The notes under the pieces were generated by a model. The model saw only the letters and a list, made by a program, of their open reading frames with translations, made no database searches and was not told the DNA's origin. Below are positions 10,407-21,082 of a stretch of 29,289 bases of DNA, in pieces. Position 1 is the first letter of the stretch; each line of letters opens with the position of its first letter. The translations under genes were made by a program, and so were the position numbers. Source of the DNA: Candidatus Methylomirabilota bacterium (GTDB lineage Bacteria > Methylomirabilota > Methylomirabilia > Rokubacteriales > CSP1-6); assembly GCA_046726415.1 (NCBI GenBank), contig JBKPAK010000261.1:1-29289 (forward strand), given 5' to 3'.

Positions 10407-11984
10407 ATGGGCACCAGGGCGAGCGAGGCGCTCGGGTTGCTTCGATTCGCCCGAGGCTTGCCCGACTACTTGCGCCGGACCATCTCTCTCGACGAGGCCA
10501 AGGCTACCGTTCGACTCGGCATGCAACGGCGGGCCACTGCCCTGATCGAGCTGGTCACGCGGCGCGTGTTCGGGTATCCCGGCAGTCCCTACCTGAAGTT
10601 GTTTGCCGCAGCCGGTTGTGAGCTCGGTGACTTCCATGCCCTGGTCGGGCGAGAGGGTGTCGAGGGCGCGCTGCGCGCGCTCTACCAGTCCGGCATCCAC
10701 GTGAGCTTCGAGGAGTTCAAAGGACTCACGCCAGCCATCAGGGGGAGCCAGCGCTTCAATTTCCGCAGCACGGACTTCGACAATCCCCTGATCACGCCGC
10801 ACTTCTACAGCAGCAGCGGGGGCAGCCGCGGCCGTCCCAGTCGGATCATCATCGACCTCGACCACTATGCCCAGATGGCGCCCCACTGGGCAATCTGGTT
10901 CGCGGAACACGGTGTGCTCGCAAGTCCGCTGATGTTCCTCAGCCCATCGCATCCGGGCGTGGTGGCTCATCATCTGATCGCCGCCAAATTCGGCAATGGC
11001 TTCGTGAAATGGTTTGCGACAGGCAGCGGCGGCACGGCGACGTACCGGCTCGTCTCGGCGTACCTGCAGCGCGTCGCTCGGCACGCGGCTCGGTTTCCTC
11101 GCCCGGAGCCGGTTGCTCAGGACAGGCTCGGGCGGGTGGCCGGGTACCTGGCCGAGCTGCTCGCGGCCGGCGCGCGGCCGGCGGTCAACACGTCACCCAG
11201 CATGGCCGCCCAGGTCTCGCTCGCGGCGTGCGAGAAGGGTCTCTCGCTGCTTGGCGTCACCTTTCTGCTCGGAGCCGAGCCGCTGACCGCGACGCGCAAG
11301 GCCATCATCGAGGACAGTGGGGCCAGGGCGACCGTGACCTACGGCTTTTCGGAAGGCGGTAACGTCGGCAACCAGTGCGCCCGCGCCTCGCGTCCCGACG
11401 AGGTTCACGTCTCGCTGGATGTCTACGCGGTCATCGGCCGGCCAACCACTCCCGAGGCCGATGGTTGGGCCAGCCTCTTGATGACCGCGTTTCGGCCCGC
11501 CTGCCCGAAGGTGTTGCTCAATACCGAGATCGGCGACCTGGCCACGTTTGACACGCGTGGGTGCGACTGTGCCTTCGGCGGGCTCGGCTACGTCCAGCAT
11601 TTGCATACGATCCGGAGCAACCAGAAGCTGACGGGCGGCGGGGTGACGGTACTCAGTGCCGACGTCCAGCACGTGCTGGAAGGGATCTTGCCGGCGCGCT
11701 TCGGGGGTGGGCTGGGCGACTATCAGCTGCTCGAACAGCAGGACGCGCAAGGCCTGCCTTGCTATACCCTCATGGTGAGCCCGGAGCTCGGCTCGGTGCC
11801 CGAGGACCAGCTCCGCGCCGTGTTTCTCGATGAGCTGGGCCGATTACGGCGAGCCTACGGCTTCATGATCAACCAGTGGGCTCAGAGCGGTCAGCCCACG
11901 ATCGTGCGAGAACGACCGACGTACACGGAGCGAGGCAAGTTCCTGCCGGTCCGGTTGCTCGGGCCGGGCCGCGCGAGGCGTTGA
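10407..11984 (+). CDS. Uncharacterised ANL-superfamily (PaaK/CapK-like) adenylate-forming protein
   Basis: P-loop-like SSSGGSRGRP, LLGAEPL, TYGFSEGG, NTEIGD, IRSNQKLTGGG, terminal RGKFLP; 525 aa, intact. Confidence 0.7.
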   Translation: MGTRASEALGLLRFARGLPDYLRRTISLDEAKATVRLGMQRRATALIELVTRRVFGYPGSPYLKLFAAAGCELGDFHALVGREGVEGALRALYQSGIHVSFEEFKGLTPAIRGSQRFNFRSTDFDNPLITPHFYSSSGGSRGRPSRIIIDLDHYAQMAPHWAIWFAEHGVLASPLMFLSPSHPGVVAHHLIAAKFGNGFVKWFATGSGGTATYRLVSAYLQRVARHAARFPRPEPVAQDRLGRVAGYLAELLAAGARPAVNTSPSMAAQVSLAACEKGLSLLGVTFLLGAEPLTATRKAIIEDSGARATVTYGFSEGGNVGNQCARASRPDEVHVSLDVYAVIGRPTTPEADGWASLLMTAFRPACPKVLLNTEIGDLATFDTRGCDCAFGGLGYVQHLHTIRSNQKLTGGGVTVLSADVQHVLEGILPARFGGGLGDYQLLEQQDAQGLPCYTLMVSPELGSVPEDQLRAVFLDELGRLRRAYGFMINQWAQSGQPTIVRERPTYTERGKFLPVRLLGPGRARR

Positions 11985-12132
11985 CGTGACGGCCCGCCGG
12001 GGGCCGAGTGGCTTTCGTCACGAAGCTCAGAGTGCCCCTACGCGAATGACAGCCCGCTGGACGTCGCGTGTGCGGCCCGCCTTTGTCTAGTCCCTACCTC
12101 TGCCAACCTGAGTGAGACGAAAGGAGTGTCTT

Positions 12133-12544
12133 ATGGGGAGGCTGAGCACCGTTCTTCTAGGCGTTTCTCTATTCACGCTCATATCGAGTGTGGCCGCCGA
12201 GGCACAGGAGTTTTTGGAAACACCCCCAGTTCCGGCAGTCAGGTTGGACCTCATCACGTGTTCGCGAGGGACTGTTCACTGGACCAGGCCGGCCGATGAC
12301 GATCACATTTAACGACAAAACAAGCTCTTCCGGTCCCTTCGAATGCCGCCCAGGTAAAAGCTGCTCGATTAGCCGCCCGGCCAGTCTCATTGGGATGGGA
12401 GAGTCTCCCTTTTCCTGCACGATCAGCGCTGTTCCTGCGCTGACGGCTAGGGGCCTTACGGGCTCGATCTGTGTACAGGTGAATATCATCCGTGATGGTG
12501 ACACACCGTGGAAGCAGGACTTTTGTTTGCCGGCGGTGCCGTGA
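12133..12544 (+). pseudogene. Secreted Cys-rich hypothetical protein, frameshift ~12270
   Basis: RBS AAGGAG; signal peptide MGRLSTVLLGVSLFTLISSVAAEA; continues in another frame FTGPGRPMTITF...ECRPGKSCSI...SCTI...SICVQ...FCLPAVP*; locally lower GC. Confidence 0.55.
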
Positions 12545-13515
12545 GCATCAGCTTCTGATCCGCATTCTCCACGGAGATCACGGCGTTGTAGGTCACGACG
12601 TTCTGAACGACCTGCGCCCTTCCGAACCTGATCCACACGGCCTACGAACGTTCGCCGCGGAAAGGAGTCGACGACGAAGGTGGCCGGCTAGCCCACGGCC
12701 ACCCGACCGATGTCGGCTTCGTCCACGTTGGTCTCGACCTGCATCTGGGTCAGGTCACGAGCGATCGTGAACAGGGTGGGGGCGTGAAGGGTCGCGGCGA
12801 TCGTCTGCCCGAGATCGACGTTACCCGACACGACGACACCATCCACCGGGGCATGGATGTTCGTGCGTTTGAGATCGACCTTCGCCTGCTGGAGGGCCGC
12901 CTCTCGCTGCCGAACTTGGGCAAGCGCGCTGTCGATCTGGGCTTCGGCGACTTTCAGCTGGGCGGTGGCCGCATTGATGGCGGAGTGCTGGGCCTGTTCC
13001 TGCGCGAGCGTTGCCTCGAGCTGGGCGAGAGCCGAGTCATGCGCCACCTGGGCCGAGTCCTGATCGGCTTGCGCGATCAGCTCTCGTCTGAACAGCTCGG
13101 CCTTGCGGCCGAGGTCACGTCGCGCGTCTGCCACCGCGACCTGGGCCTTGGCGGTCTGGGCCTTGGCCACGGCGAGGGCGGCGCGGGCATTGTCGACGTC
13201 CGCCCGCGCACGCTCCAGCTGGGCACGGGTGTTCACCACGTTGACGCGGGCCGATTCGAGCTCGGCCGTGGCCTGCTGGCTCTTCGCCAGGAACGCCTCC
13301 GGATCGATGCGGGCCAGAAGTTGCCCCTTCTGTACGGGCGCGTTGAAATCGACGAGCAATTCCTTGATCTGGCCCGAGACCTGCGTTCCGACCTGAACGT
13401 TGTTGACGGCGCTGAGAGTGCCCTTGGCGGAAACGGTCGCGGTGAGGGGACCGCGCTCGACCGTAGCCGTGCGGTAGGTGACGGAGTCTTTCTCTCCTCC
13501 GTAACGCACATAGGC
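12545..13515 (-). pseudogene. MacA/HlyD-like efflux periplasmic adaptor, both ends missing, in-frame TAG at 12688-12690 and a frameshift
   Basis: YRTATVERGPLTATVSAKG...VQVGTQVSGQIKELLVDFN...IHAPVDGVVVS...VDEADIGRVAVG*PATFVVDSFPRRTF.../VQNVVTYNAVISVENADQKL. Confidence 0.9.
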
Positions 13516-14195
13516 CACGCGGGCGGTGTGCAGCGGCGTCTTCAGAACGAGTCGCCGCGGATCGCGCAATACTACCCGGCGCAGAAAGAGCCGCAATCCG
13601 TCATGCCAGCGCTTCAGGTCGCGCGGCGAGAGGTTGGCCAGATCGAAGTACTGCGCATCGTGATCGGGGTTGTTGGGGAATAGCCACCTCGAGTACGGCG
13701 AGGGCAGGCCCATGTTGCATAGTGCGATCTCGTCCTCCTGCGGCGTGTCGAAGGCGGCCGTCATGTCGTCCATCGGCCGGCGCGCCGACATCAGGTGGGG
13801 GAGCAACGTCGGTACGATCCGACCCGAGACGAGAAAGTGCAGCAGCGCGAAGCACTGATAGGTCGTCGGCGAAGTGAAGCGATCATCCAGCACCAGCAGC
13901 TCGTGCAGGAGGGTGGTGCCGGTGCGCCAGTGGCCGATGACAAACAGCGGCGGGTGGCCGAGCGTTGTGCGCGAGACCCGACGGGAGAACAGGAGCCAAT
14001 CCAGCCCGTGCAACAGCGAGCTGAACGTCGCGAACAGGCTCAGCCGCAGTGTTGGGGGATGCGACGAGGCGAGACGGTGAAGCGATTGCGCCACAGGTGT
14101 CGGAGCCAAACCGACATCGTCATGCCCTGCCACACGCGGGCCTTGAAGAAGCTGAACTCTGGCGCACTTTGGCCGACGGAGCGTAGGAAGTTCAA
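13516..14195 (-). pseudogene. Sulfotransferase (Sulfotransfer_3), N-terminal two-thirds, frameshift ~14052
   Basis: GGAGG + TTG; FKARVWQGMTMSVWLRHLWRNRF / PPLFVIGHWRTGTTLLHELL (PAPS loop), RRPMDDM...PQEDE, RLVLKTPLHTARV. Confidence 0.9.
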
Positions 14196-14710
14196 AAGTC
14201 CTGCACCTCCCGCGCGCGCCCAGGATCGCGCCCGGCGGCGGCCACGTCAAGCGGCCGCAGCACGCCAATCGTTTGTGAGCGGCCTCCATGGGTCAGGGTG
14301 GTCTCAAGGCGCTGACGGCCCAGGAAAGGCCCCACGAACAGGCCGGCAGCGAGCCCGCGATTGCACTGGGCCCTGCGTTCGTGACTGGCGCTTCAGTGTC
14401 GTGGCTGCCCGCGGCGGTGGGGGGCGGGATGATCAGCGAGCGCCAGGCGGCGTGGGGAGCTGCCTCGCCACGTCCCTGACGGCGTTTGTCCCCGCACGCG
14501 ATCAGTGCCTCCAAACGAGCGAGGTGCATGTGGACCTCGGCCGCGTGCGCGGCGCGCTGCTCTTCGGATCTCACATCGGTCGCTTTCGTGTTCCGATCGT
14601 GCGCGTGGGCGGGCGTGCTGGCCGCCGCGCGCGCCGCCGGCGTCACCTCACGTACACCAGTCGCGCAGTCTCGGGGGCTACGGCGCAGTGGGACCGGGTG
14701 GGCACGCATG

Positions 14711-15898
14711 TTACCCGACGCGCGCCCCGCGCGCGCCGCCGACGAGGGCGGGGCACAAGCCGCGAGTGAGCGGCAGGGCGGCGGCGCAGAGCAGCGCCAT
14801 CACGAAAAAGCCCTGCGCGCCGAGGCTCGCGTAGAGCCAGCCCGACGCCAGGATCAGCAGCGCCGTGGTCGCCACGGCCCCCAGCGAGTACATCGCCTGC
14901 GCCGTCGCCGCCAGCTGCGGCGGGACGATCGCCGCCATCAGTCGCATGCAGGCCAGATGCAGCGCCGCGAACGTGAGCCCGTGCAAGGGCTGGACGAGGG
15001 CGAGGGCGATCACCTCTGCGGTCCACGCCATGACCACCCACCGAAGAACGCCGGCGCTGGCGGCAAGCGCGGCGACGCCGGCCGGGCTCAGTCGCATCAC
15101 GAGCGGAGGGCCGACGAGGAAGAAGACGAGCACCTCGGCCGCCACCGCCTCGGACCACAGCACGCTCGCCATGGCCGGCGTGACGCCGGCCGCGCTCCAC
15201 CGGATCACCGCAAACGCGTCGTACATCGCGTGACCGCCGAACACCAGGGCGGAGACGAGCATCACGCGGCGGAACAGCGGCATTCGCAGGAGCTGGACGA
15301 CCCCGCCCGGCCTCGGAAGGGCGGCGGCTGCTGCCCCGGCCCCTGGCCGTGACGGCTCCGGCACCAGCATCGCCGCGCCGGCCGCGGCGGCGAGCAGCCC
15401 CCCCTGCAACAGGACGATCGAGGCGAGCCCCCAGGCCCCGACCACTTGCCCGCTGACGAGGGTGCCGGCGATGAAGACCGCCGATCCTGTCCCGCGGACC
15501 CAGCCATATTCGAATCGCGCCTCCGCCGCGCGCGGCGCCGCGGAGCCGAGGGCGAGCGCATCGGCGATGGTCGTGGTCGGCGCCAGCGCCGCGGCGTGGA
15601 GAGCGCTGATCGTCAGCACCGGCCAGAACCCGCGCGCCGGCCACAGACCGAGAGCCGCGAGCGCGGCCAGCGCCCCGCAGGCGGCGAGGACAGTGCGAAG
15701 GGCCTGGGTGAGGTCGGCGAGGCGGCCGCACAACGGTCCGGAGACGAGCCGGATCGCCGTGCCGGCGGCGAACACGACGCCGAGCTGTTCGGGGCTCAGC
15801 CCCCGAGCCTCGAAGAAGGCGCCCAGGAACGGCGACGCGACGCCGAACGCGGCGTACATCAGCGCATATAGAATGACGAAACGGTGGAGTGCGCTCAT
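14711..15898 (-). CDS. MFS transporter (HcaT/PPP-like)
   Basis: About 12 TM helices; YAAFGVASPFL, GRLAD, FEYGWVRGTGS, VQPLHGLTFAALHLA; 395 aa. Confidence 0.92.
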   Translation of the reverse strand: MSALHRFVILYALMYAAFGVASPFLGAFFEARGLSPEQLGVVFAAGTAIRLVSGPLCGRLADLTQALRTVLAACGALAALAALGLWPARGFWPVLTISALHAAALAPTTTIADALALGSAAPRAAEARFEYGWVRGTGSAVFIAGTLVSGQVVGAWGLASIVLLQGGLLAAAAGAAMLVPEPSRPGAGAAAAALPRPGGVVQLLRMPLFRRVMLVSALVFGGHAMYDAFAVIRWSAAGVTPAMASVLWSEAVAAEVLVFFLVGPPLVMRLSPAGVAALAASAGVLRWVVMAWTAEVIALALVQPLHGLTFAALHLACMRLMAAIVPPQLAATAQAMYSLGAVATTALLILASGWLYASLGAQGFFVMALLCAAALPLTRGLCPALVGGARGARVG

Positions 15899-16789
15899 GC
15901 GACGGTGCTTCGAGGGCGGGGGTCGGCGGCGAGGTGCCCGCGACTCGGTGGCAAGGGCAGCCGCGTGCGGTCTGGATCACGAGTCAGCTCAAACCGATGA
16001 TGCCTGAACTCAACAAGGAGATCGCGCATCTGTTTGCGGCGACTGGTTGCCGACCTCAAGGGCCATTCGCCGGAAGGGCCGAGAATCCTCCTCAGCCCAT
16101 CGGGCCAACACCTCGCGCAGGGAGAAGTGCGAAGAGAGTGGACAAGAGGGTCGAAAGGTCTCGACTCGCGGCGATCAACGATCAAAAAGGTTAGCGTAGC
16201 GCGACGCCTTGTTCCCAGACTACACGGTCCTATGACCGCCGTTCCGGCCGAAGACTTGGCTCTACGACCCCTCCCCGCCAAGTCTCTGGCCAATCTCCTT
16301 GCTGTCCACCGTCCGCAACGCCTCCGCACCCGCTCGCCGGCCGTCGAACAGACGGCGCGCTGCCTCAGCTCGGTGCGCAGGACGCGACGGGAGAGTGTTT
16401 TGGTGTAGCTGGTTAGAACGATCCTTTCCTCCTCGCCAAGATGAGCACCCGCGGCCGGTGCCTCAAGGAGACAGGCAAGGAGATCCAGGCTCATCGAACG
16501 TGCTCCAAAGGGTGAATGGGTGAACAGCACGCGCCCCCGGCCGTTCCGTCGGACTCAGCCGGCGGACGCTACTGTTCTACCGGGCGGAGCGTTGACGCTC
16601 CGTGTGCGGGAGCGTCAAAAATGGCGTTTGCTAGGCGTTGGGGCGTCAAGATCGGGGCGCCGAAGGGTCCGCCCCTCCGGCGGCCTGGCGGCAACTGTTA
16701 CGGCTCAGCTACCATCCGGGGATGCCCGACCAACCAGCATCCGACAGCGGCCTTGCCGACCGAGACGCGCCCCGCCGGCTCCTGCCAGC

Positions 16790-17063
16790 CCTGGCGATTG
16801 CCTCGCTCCGCGACGATGTTCCAGAGCGCCGCATGCTCTGCGCGTGGCTCGATTCCTGGTCGGCGTGCATGCGGCGATCGACGCGATGAACGGCCACGAG
16901 CTACGACGTGCAGCTCAGCCAATCGCCCTTCGCCTGGTGGCAGAGTTCTGCCGCTCGCGTCAGCACCCTCCCGAAGTGGCTCGGCCAAGCCACGACGCCG
17001 AGCCAGGGCGGGCGGTGCGCTTCGCGGCCCTGGATACGTTGAGACGGGCCGGGAGGCGAGTGA
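16790..17063 (+). pseudogene. Degenerate conserved hypothetical protein (several frameshifts)
   Basis: Stitched frames read PERRMLCAWLDSW / GVHAAIDAMN / YDVQLSQSPF / AEFCRSR...HDAEPGRAVRFAALDTLRR, resembling a small-protein family I recall from Rokubacteria MAGs. Confidence 0.45.
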
Positions 17064-17069
17064 GTCGCG

Positions 17070-17333
17070 ATGGCCAAGCGCCAGCCCGTCCGCGCCAGCG
17101 ACGAGCCCGAGCTGGTGTTCCCGACGAAGAAGAGTGGCCGCTCGTCGGGGGAAACGGCGCGCGCGGCGGTGTCGCGCCGGCCGACGACGCCATCCGGGCG
17201 GGTCAGCTACACGCTCACGCTGGGGCTGCCGTGGGACCTGGCCGAACGGCTCACTGCCCGGGCAGTCCGCGAGGGGAGGAACATCGAAGCCCTCGTGACG
17301 GAGATCCTCGAGGCGGAGGCACGGCAACGGTGA
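17070..17333 (+). CDS. Small protein with C-terminal ribbon-helix-helix-like DNA-binding motif
   Basis: VSYTLTLGLPWDLAERLTARAVREGRNIEALVTEILEAEA shows a strand-helix-G-helix pattern. Confidence 0.65.
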   Translation: MAKRQPVRASDEPELVFPTKKSGRSSGETARAAVSRRPTTPSGRVSYTLTLGLPWDLAERLTARAVREGRNIEALVTEILEAEARQR

Positions 17334-17431
17334 TGGATGATCCCATGTGCAACACGAGCGTGTCTCACTCACCAGTCGGCCGACCAGCCCCAACCCGACG
17401 GTCAGGCGGATCGAGAAGAGGGTCTCTAGTT

Positions 17432-17893
17432 ATGCAGGAATGGTGGCAGAGGACGTGTACGGCCGCGCTGTGGGTTACTTTGGGTGCCTGCGCCACCGTC
17501 ACGACGCCGGCTACCTGGCAGCCCGGGAACTTACAGCCCCTCATCCTGGGCTGGCAAGGGTACTTCGAGATTGTTTGGGAGGTGACTCGCCAGGATCGAG
17601 ACGTCCTCATCGAAGGGTACATCACCAACACCTGGGGGTTCGCCGTCCGAGAGGTGAGCGTCCTCGTAAACGGTTACGATTCCTCCGGAGCACAGACGGG
17701 CCAAGTCATCGCGTGGGGTCCCAACGCGATCCAGCCGGGGGATCGCGTGTACTTCGACGTGACCGTACCTGCCGGGGCCGCCACCTATGACGTGAGTATC
17801 TTCTCGTGGAAGTGGACGTGGCCGCCAAGCGGCGGGGCCGGACGTGACGAGGAAGAATCGCGGACCGCAAAGCGCGCGGCCAATGAGCGATGA
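17432..17893 (+). CDS. Lipoprotein with FxLYD-like Ig-fold domain
   Basis: Lipobox LGAC; IEGYITN...VLVNGYDSSGAQTG...IQPGDRVYFDV. Confidence 0.7.
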   Translation: MQEWWQRTCTAALWVTLGACATVTTPATWQPGNLQPLILGWQGYFEIVWEVTRQDRDVLIEGYITNTWGFAVREVSVLVNGYDSSGAQTGQVIAWGPNAIQPGDRVYFDVTVPAGAATYDVSIFSWKWTWPPSGGAGRDEEESRTAKRAANER

Positions 17894-18047
17894 CCTGGAC
17901 CCCTGACTCCTGCGAGTACTCCGACGGTCCCGACACCGTGGACGGCGCGGCGTCTGGTGAACTGAGAGGCGTGACTTCAAGGTATACGGCGCTTGGAGAC
18001 GTGCTCCTCATCGCTTCGATTCCTCTGCCGTCCTCAGCGGGCGCTGT

Positions 18048-18519
18048 TCAATTCGTCTCGGCCACCACGTCGTTCCGGCGGATGTCGCGCGAGCCGGTCT
18101 TGCCGTGGTGGCGATCCGCGATCTTGTAGCCGAGGGCGTCCTCGGCAATGAGAATCTTCTGCACGTTCGCGGAGCCCTCGCCGGTGAAGAAGAGATCGGC
18201 GTAGGACTTCAGCCAGAACACCCGGTTCTCCTTGGCCAGCCCGAGTGCCGCCGAAGTAGATGCAGCTGGGGCACGTAGAGCCCTGCTGGTTGTTGCACGA
18301 CGCGAAGCGAACGTCGTTGCGGGCCATCTCCTCCTGGATCACCGTCGCGGCGAAGTAGCCCAGGTTTGTGCCGCCAACGGACTCGGGGAACACGGCGCCG
18401 TACCGACCCGCTTCACCGGCCTTGCTGATCAGCGCTCGCGGGAACTCGCCGCGCTTCTCGTACTCGTCCATGACGGGCACCACCTCGGTTTGCATGAAAC
18501 GGTTGACCATGTCGCGTAC
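18048..18519 (-). pseudogene. Acyl-CoA dehydrogenase with large internal deletion
   Basis: VRDMVNRFMQTEV...FPESVGGTNLG...QEEMAR...YFGGT joined at ~18243 directly to the C-terminus LAKENRV...LFFTGEGSANVQKILIAEDALG...*. Confidence 0.88.
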
Positions 18520-19818
18520 TCCTGGGCCTGGTCGGCGTCACTTCTCCGCCGGTAGAGCCTGCCGAGGCCGAAGTGGCAGTGGGCCACAAGCGGGCGCATG
18601 TCGAGCTCGAAGGCCAGGGTCATCGCGGCACCATAGTGAGCCGCGGCCGCCGTCACGTCGGGGCGAGCATGATGCGAGGCGATGTCGCCTAGGAGGCGGA
18701 GGGCCCACGCCTCATAGCCGCGTTCACCGCGCCCGCGAGCGAGCATCACGGCGCGGTCGGCGCCGGCGCGGGCGTTCTCGACCTGGTCCGCGAGCAGATA
18801 CGCCTCGGCGAGCTGCTCGACGCTCAGCGAGTGGTGAAACCCGACGATCCCTGCGACTTCATAGGCGGTCAGCGCCTGCTGCAGGCAGGAGAGGCCCTCC
18901 TCGATGCGTCCCGACCACGCGTACACGTGCCCCAGAGACGCTGTGGCGATCGGAGTGTGACTCGTGGTGTTCCACTCGCGGCACTGAGCGAGCGCACGCT
19001 CGATGAGACCGGCGGCCTGGCTCAGTTCCCCCCTGATGGTCTTGAGATACGCGAGCTCGAGACATCCCACGACGACGCTGAACGGGTGATCGAGCGCTTC
19101 GGCGATCCGGATCGACTCTCGTCCCTGCGCGTCTCCCTCGTCGAACACGCCGCGTTCGGCCAGGGCGCGCGCCAACTGGGCACGAGACCAGACGGCGGAG
19201 ACGCCACGAGACCGAACCGCTCACGGGTTCGTTGGCCGCGTAGCGATTGCATCAGTTGCCGGCAGCGATGTTCGGTCCCGCGATAGTCGCCTGAGAGGTG
19301 CGAGGCGGCGGCAAGGTAGTACTGAGCGGCGATCTGGAGCGGAGCATCGGCGAGACGCTCGCCGATGGTCTCGACCAGCAGCTCGATGACGGGCAGGTAC
19401 GGCGTGGTCCTCCCGTAGGAAACCGACCCGCCTTTCGAGCACCAGCCAACCGTCGGTGCGCTGCGACCGCGTGAACTCCCTGACGAGGCGGGATTTCCCC
19501 ACGCCGGCCTCGCCCACGATGGCGACCACTTGCCCGTGTCCCGGGCCGGCACGCTCGAGCGATCGGCGGAGCACCTCGATCTCGGTGTCCCGGCCCACGA
19601 ACCGGGTGAGCCCGCGCCGCGCCGCGGCCTGCAGTCGCCTGCGCGCGGGACCGATGCCGGACAGCTCGTAGACCTCGACGGGTTCGCTGCGACCCTTCAC
19701 CGGCACCGGACCAAGGGACTTCACGGCGACGAACCCTTCGACCAGGTGGAGCGTCGCCGGCGCGATCAGCACCGTGTCCCGGGCGCGCAGCCTGTTCCAT
19801 GCGCGCGGCCAGATGAGC
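18520..19818 (-). pseudogene. Adenylate/guanylate cyclase-AAA ATPase-TPR protein remnant
   Basis: HLAARMEQAARPG, VKGRSEPVEVYEL, LTRFVGRDTE, GEAGVGKSRL, PYLPVIELL, internal deletion ~19376, then TPR region ending MRPLVAHCHFGLGRLY; several frameshifts. Confidence 0.9.
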
Positions 19819-20202
19819 ATCAATCGTCCTCGCGGGCGATGCATTCGGAACCCCGTCGAGGGTACCCGAGTACTCGGAGAACAGGAAGCGCTGCATCGAT
19901 GATGGCGATGGGTGTCGCGGGCGAACGGCGGCACCAAGGGCAAGCTCGCTGCGCTCATCGCTTCCGGCGACCCTTGACCCCGCCGCCCGCCCGTGGGGGC
20001 GTGGCAACGATCGCCGGAAAGCCAACCTTTCCGGCAGGCGGGCGACCCCGATTTCTGAGTTCGGCAAGCGCTCAACCCACAGTCAGCGCCACGTGCGGGC
20101 CTCAGATGCGCGATCGGATTGTCGGCGGGGGAGAAACAGGACCCGCGTCTCAGCGCGCCGGCACAACTCGTTGAAATTCCCGCGTCCAGATTCGATCATC
20201 AT

Positions 20203-20680
20203 CGTTCGTTGCCGCAAACAGCTCGGGGCTGGATCGCGCCGTAACTGCCCTGTCTGCTGAAGCTGTAGTCCCGCCTTCGCCGTCGTCGAGGGCCTCGCAC
20301 CGTAGCCGCTCCACGATCAGTTTTCGGAGGATCTGGCGGGTCTACGGGACATGCCGTCCCAGCAGCGCACGGACGTCCTTCAGTCGCCCGCGGAGTCCGT
20401 GCATCACCTGCTTGGTGTCGGTGTTGCGAACCGGGTTTGCGCCCGGGCCGGCCAGTTGGGCCTCCAGCGTCTGTTTCCGCGGCCGCTCGGTCTCCAAGGC
20501 CTCCCGCAAGACATCCGTAGCCTTTCCACGTTTCACGGCGGCTAGTGGGTGGCCGATCTGCTCCTCGGCCTGGGCCAGCTCCTTCTCCAGTGCTGCGCGC
20601 TGCGTCTGGGGCCGCTCCTGGCCCGCCTCGATGGTCTGGAGCGCGCGCTTGGCTGCCCGCTCGTCAAGCGCCATGGCGGG
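20203..20680 (-). pseudogene. Large serine recombinase C-terminal coiled-coil region
   Basis: RAALEKELAQAEEQIG...AAVKRG...EALETE...DVRALLGRHVP*TRQILRKLIVERLRCEA.../YSFSRQGSYG, resembling tails of genomic-island serine integrases; catalytic domain absent. Confidence 0.65.
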
Positions 20681-21082
20681 GGACGGCACCACGACGGCGT
20701 CGAATCGATCTGGGCGATCAGAAGGGAGTTCTTTCAGAAGCTGTGACGGGGCGCCCGACGAGGAAGTTATCTTTGGCGGCCCGGACGTAGGCTGTCCTGG
20801 CGCGCTCTAGACGCTCGTGGGCCGACTTTATCGGGCGGGAGGAGTGCCTGCGACTCATGGACTTGCCGAGGCCCCGGCTGCCATTCCAGGTGCTCATCAT
20901 GAGCGAAGCGTCGCCAACGATGCTATAGGGAATCGGAGGTGGCCGAGGGCCGCATTGGCGATTGACGAGCGGCACAATGACATGTGCTCCTTAGGCGGCC
21001 ACGTGGCGCTGGCGGCGGTGCTGTGCCTGGCTATGAGTCTGGCGGTCGGTGTAAACCAGCTACTACCCCGAGGGACCTAATC

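Noticed and set aside
16402-16420. GGTGTAGCTGGTTAGAACG resembling a tRNA D-arm
   Set aside because: Too short; no acceptor stem, anticodon arm or T-arm follows.
15970-16520. Coding-like segments (PMMPELNKEIAHL; ERIVLTSYTKTLSRR)
   Set aside because: Possibly further gene fragments, but no family can be supported.
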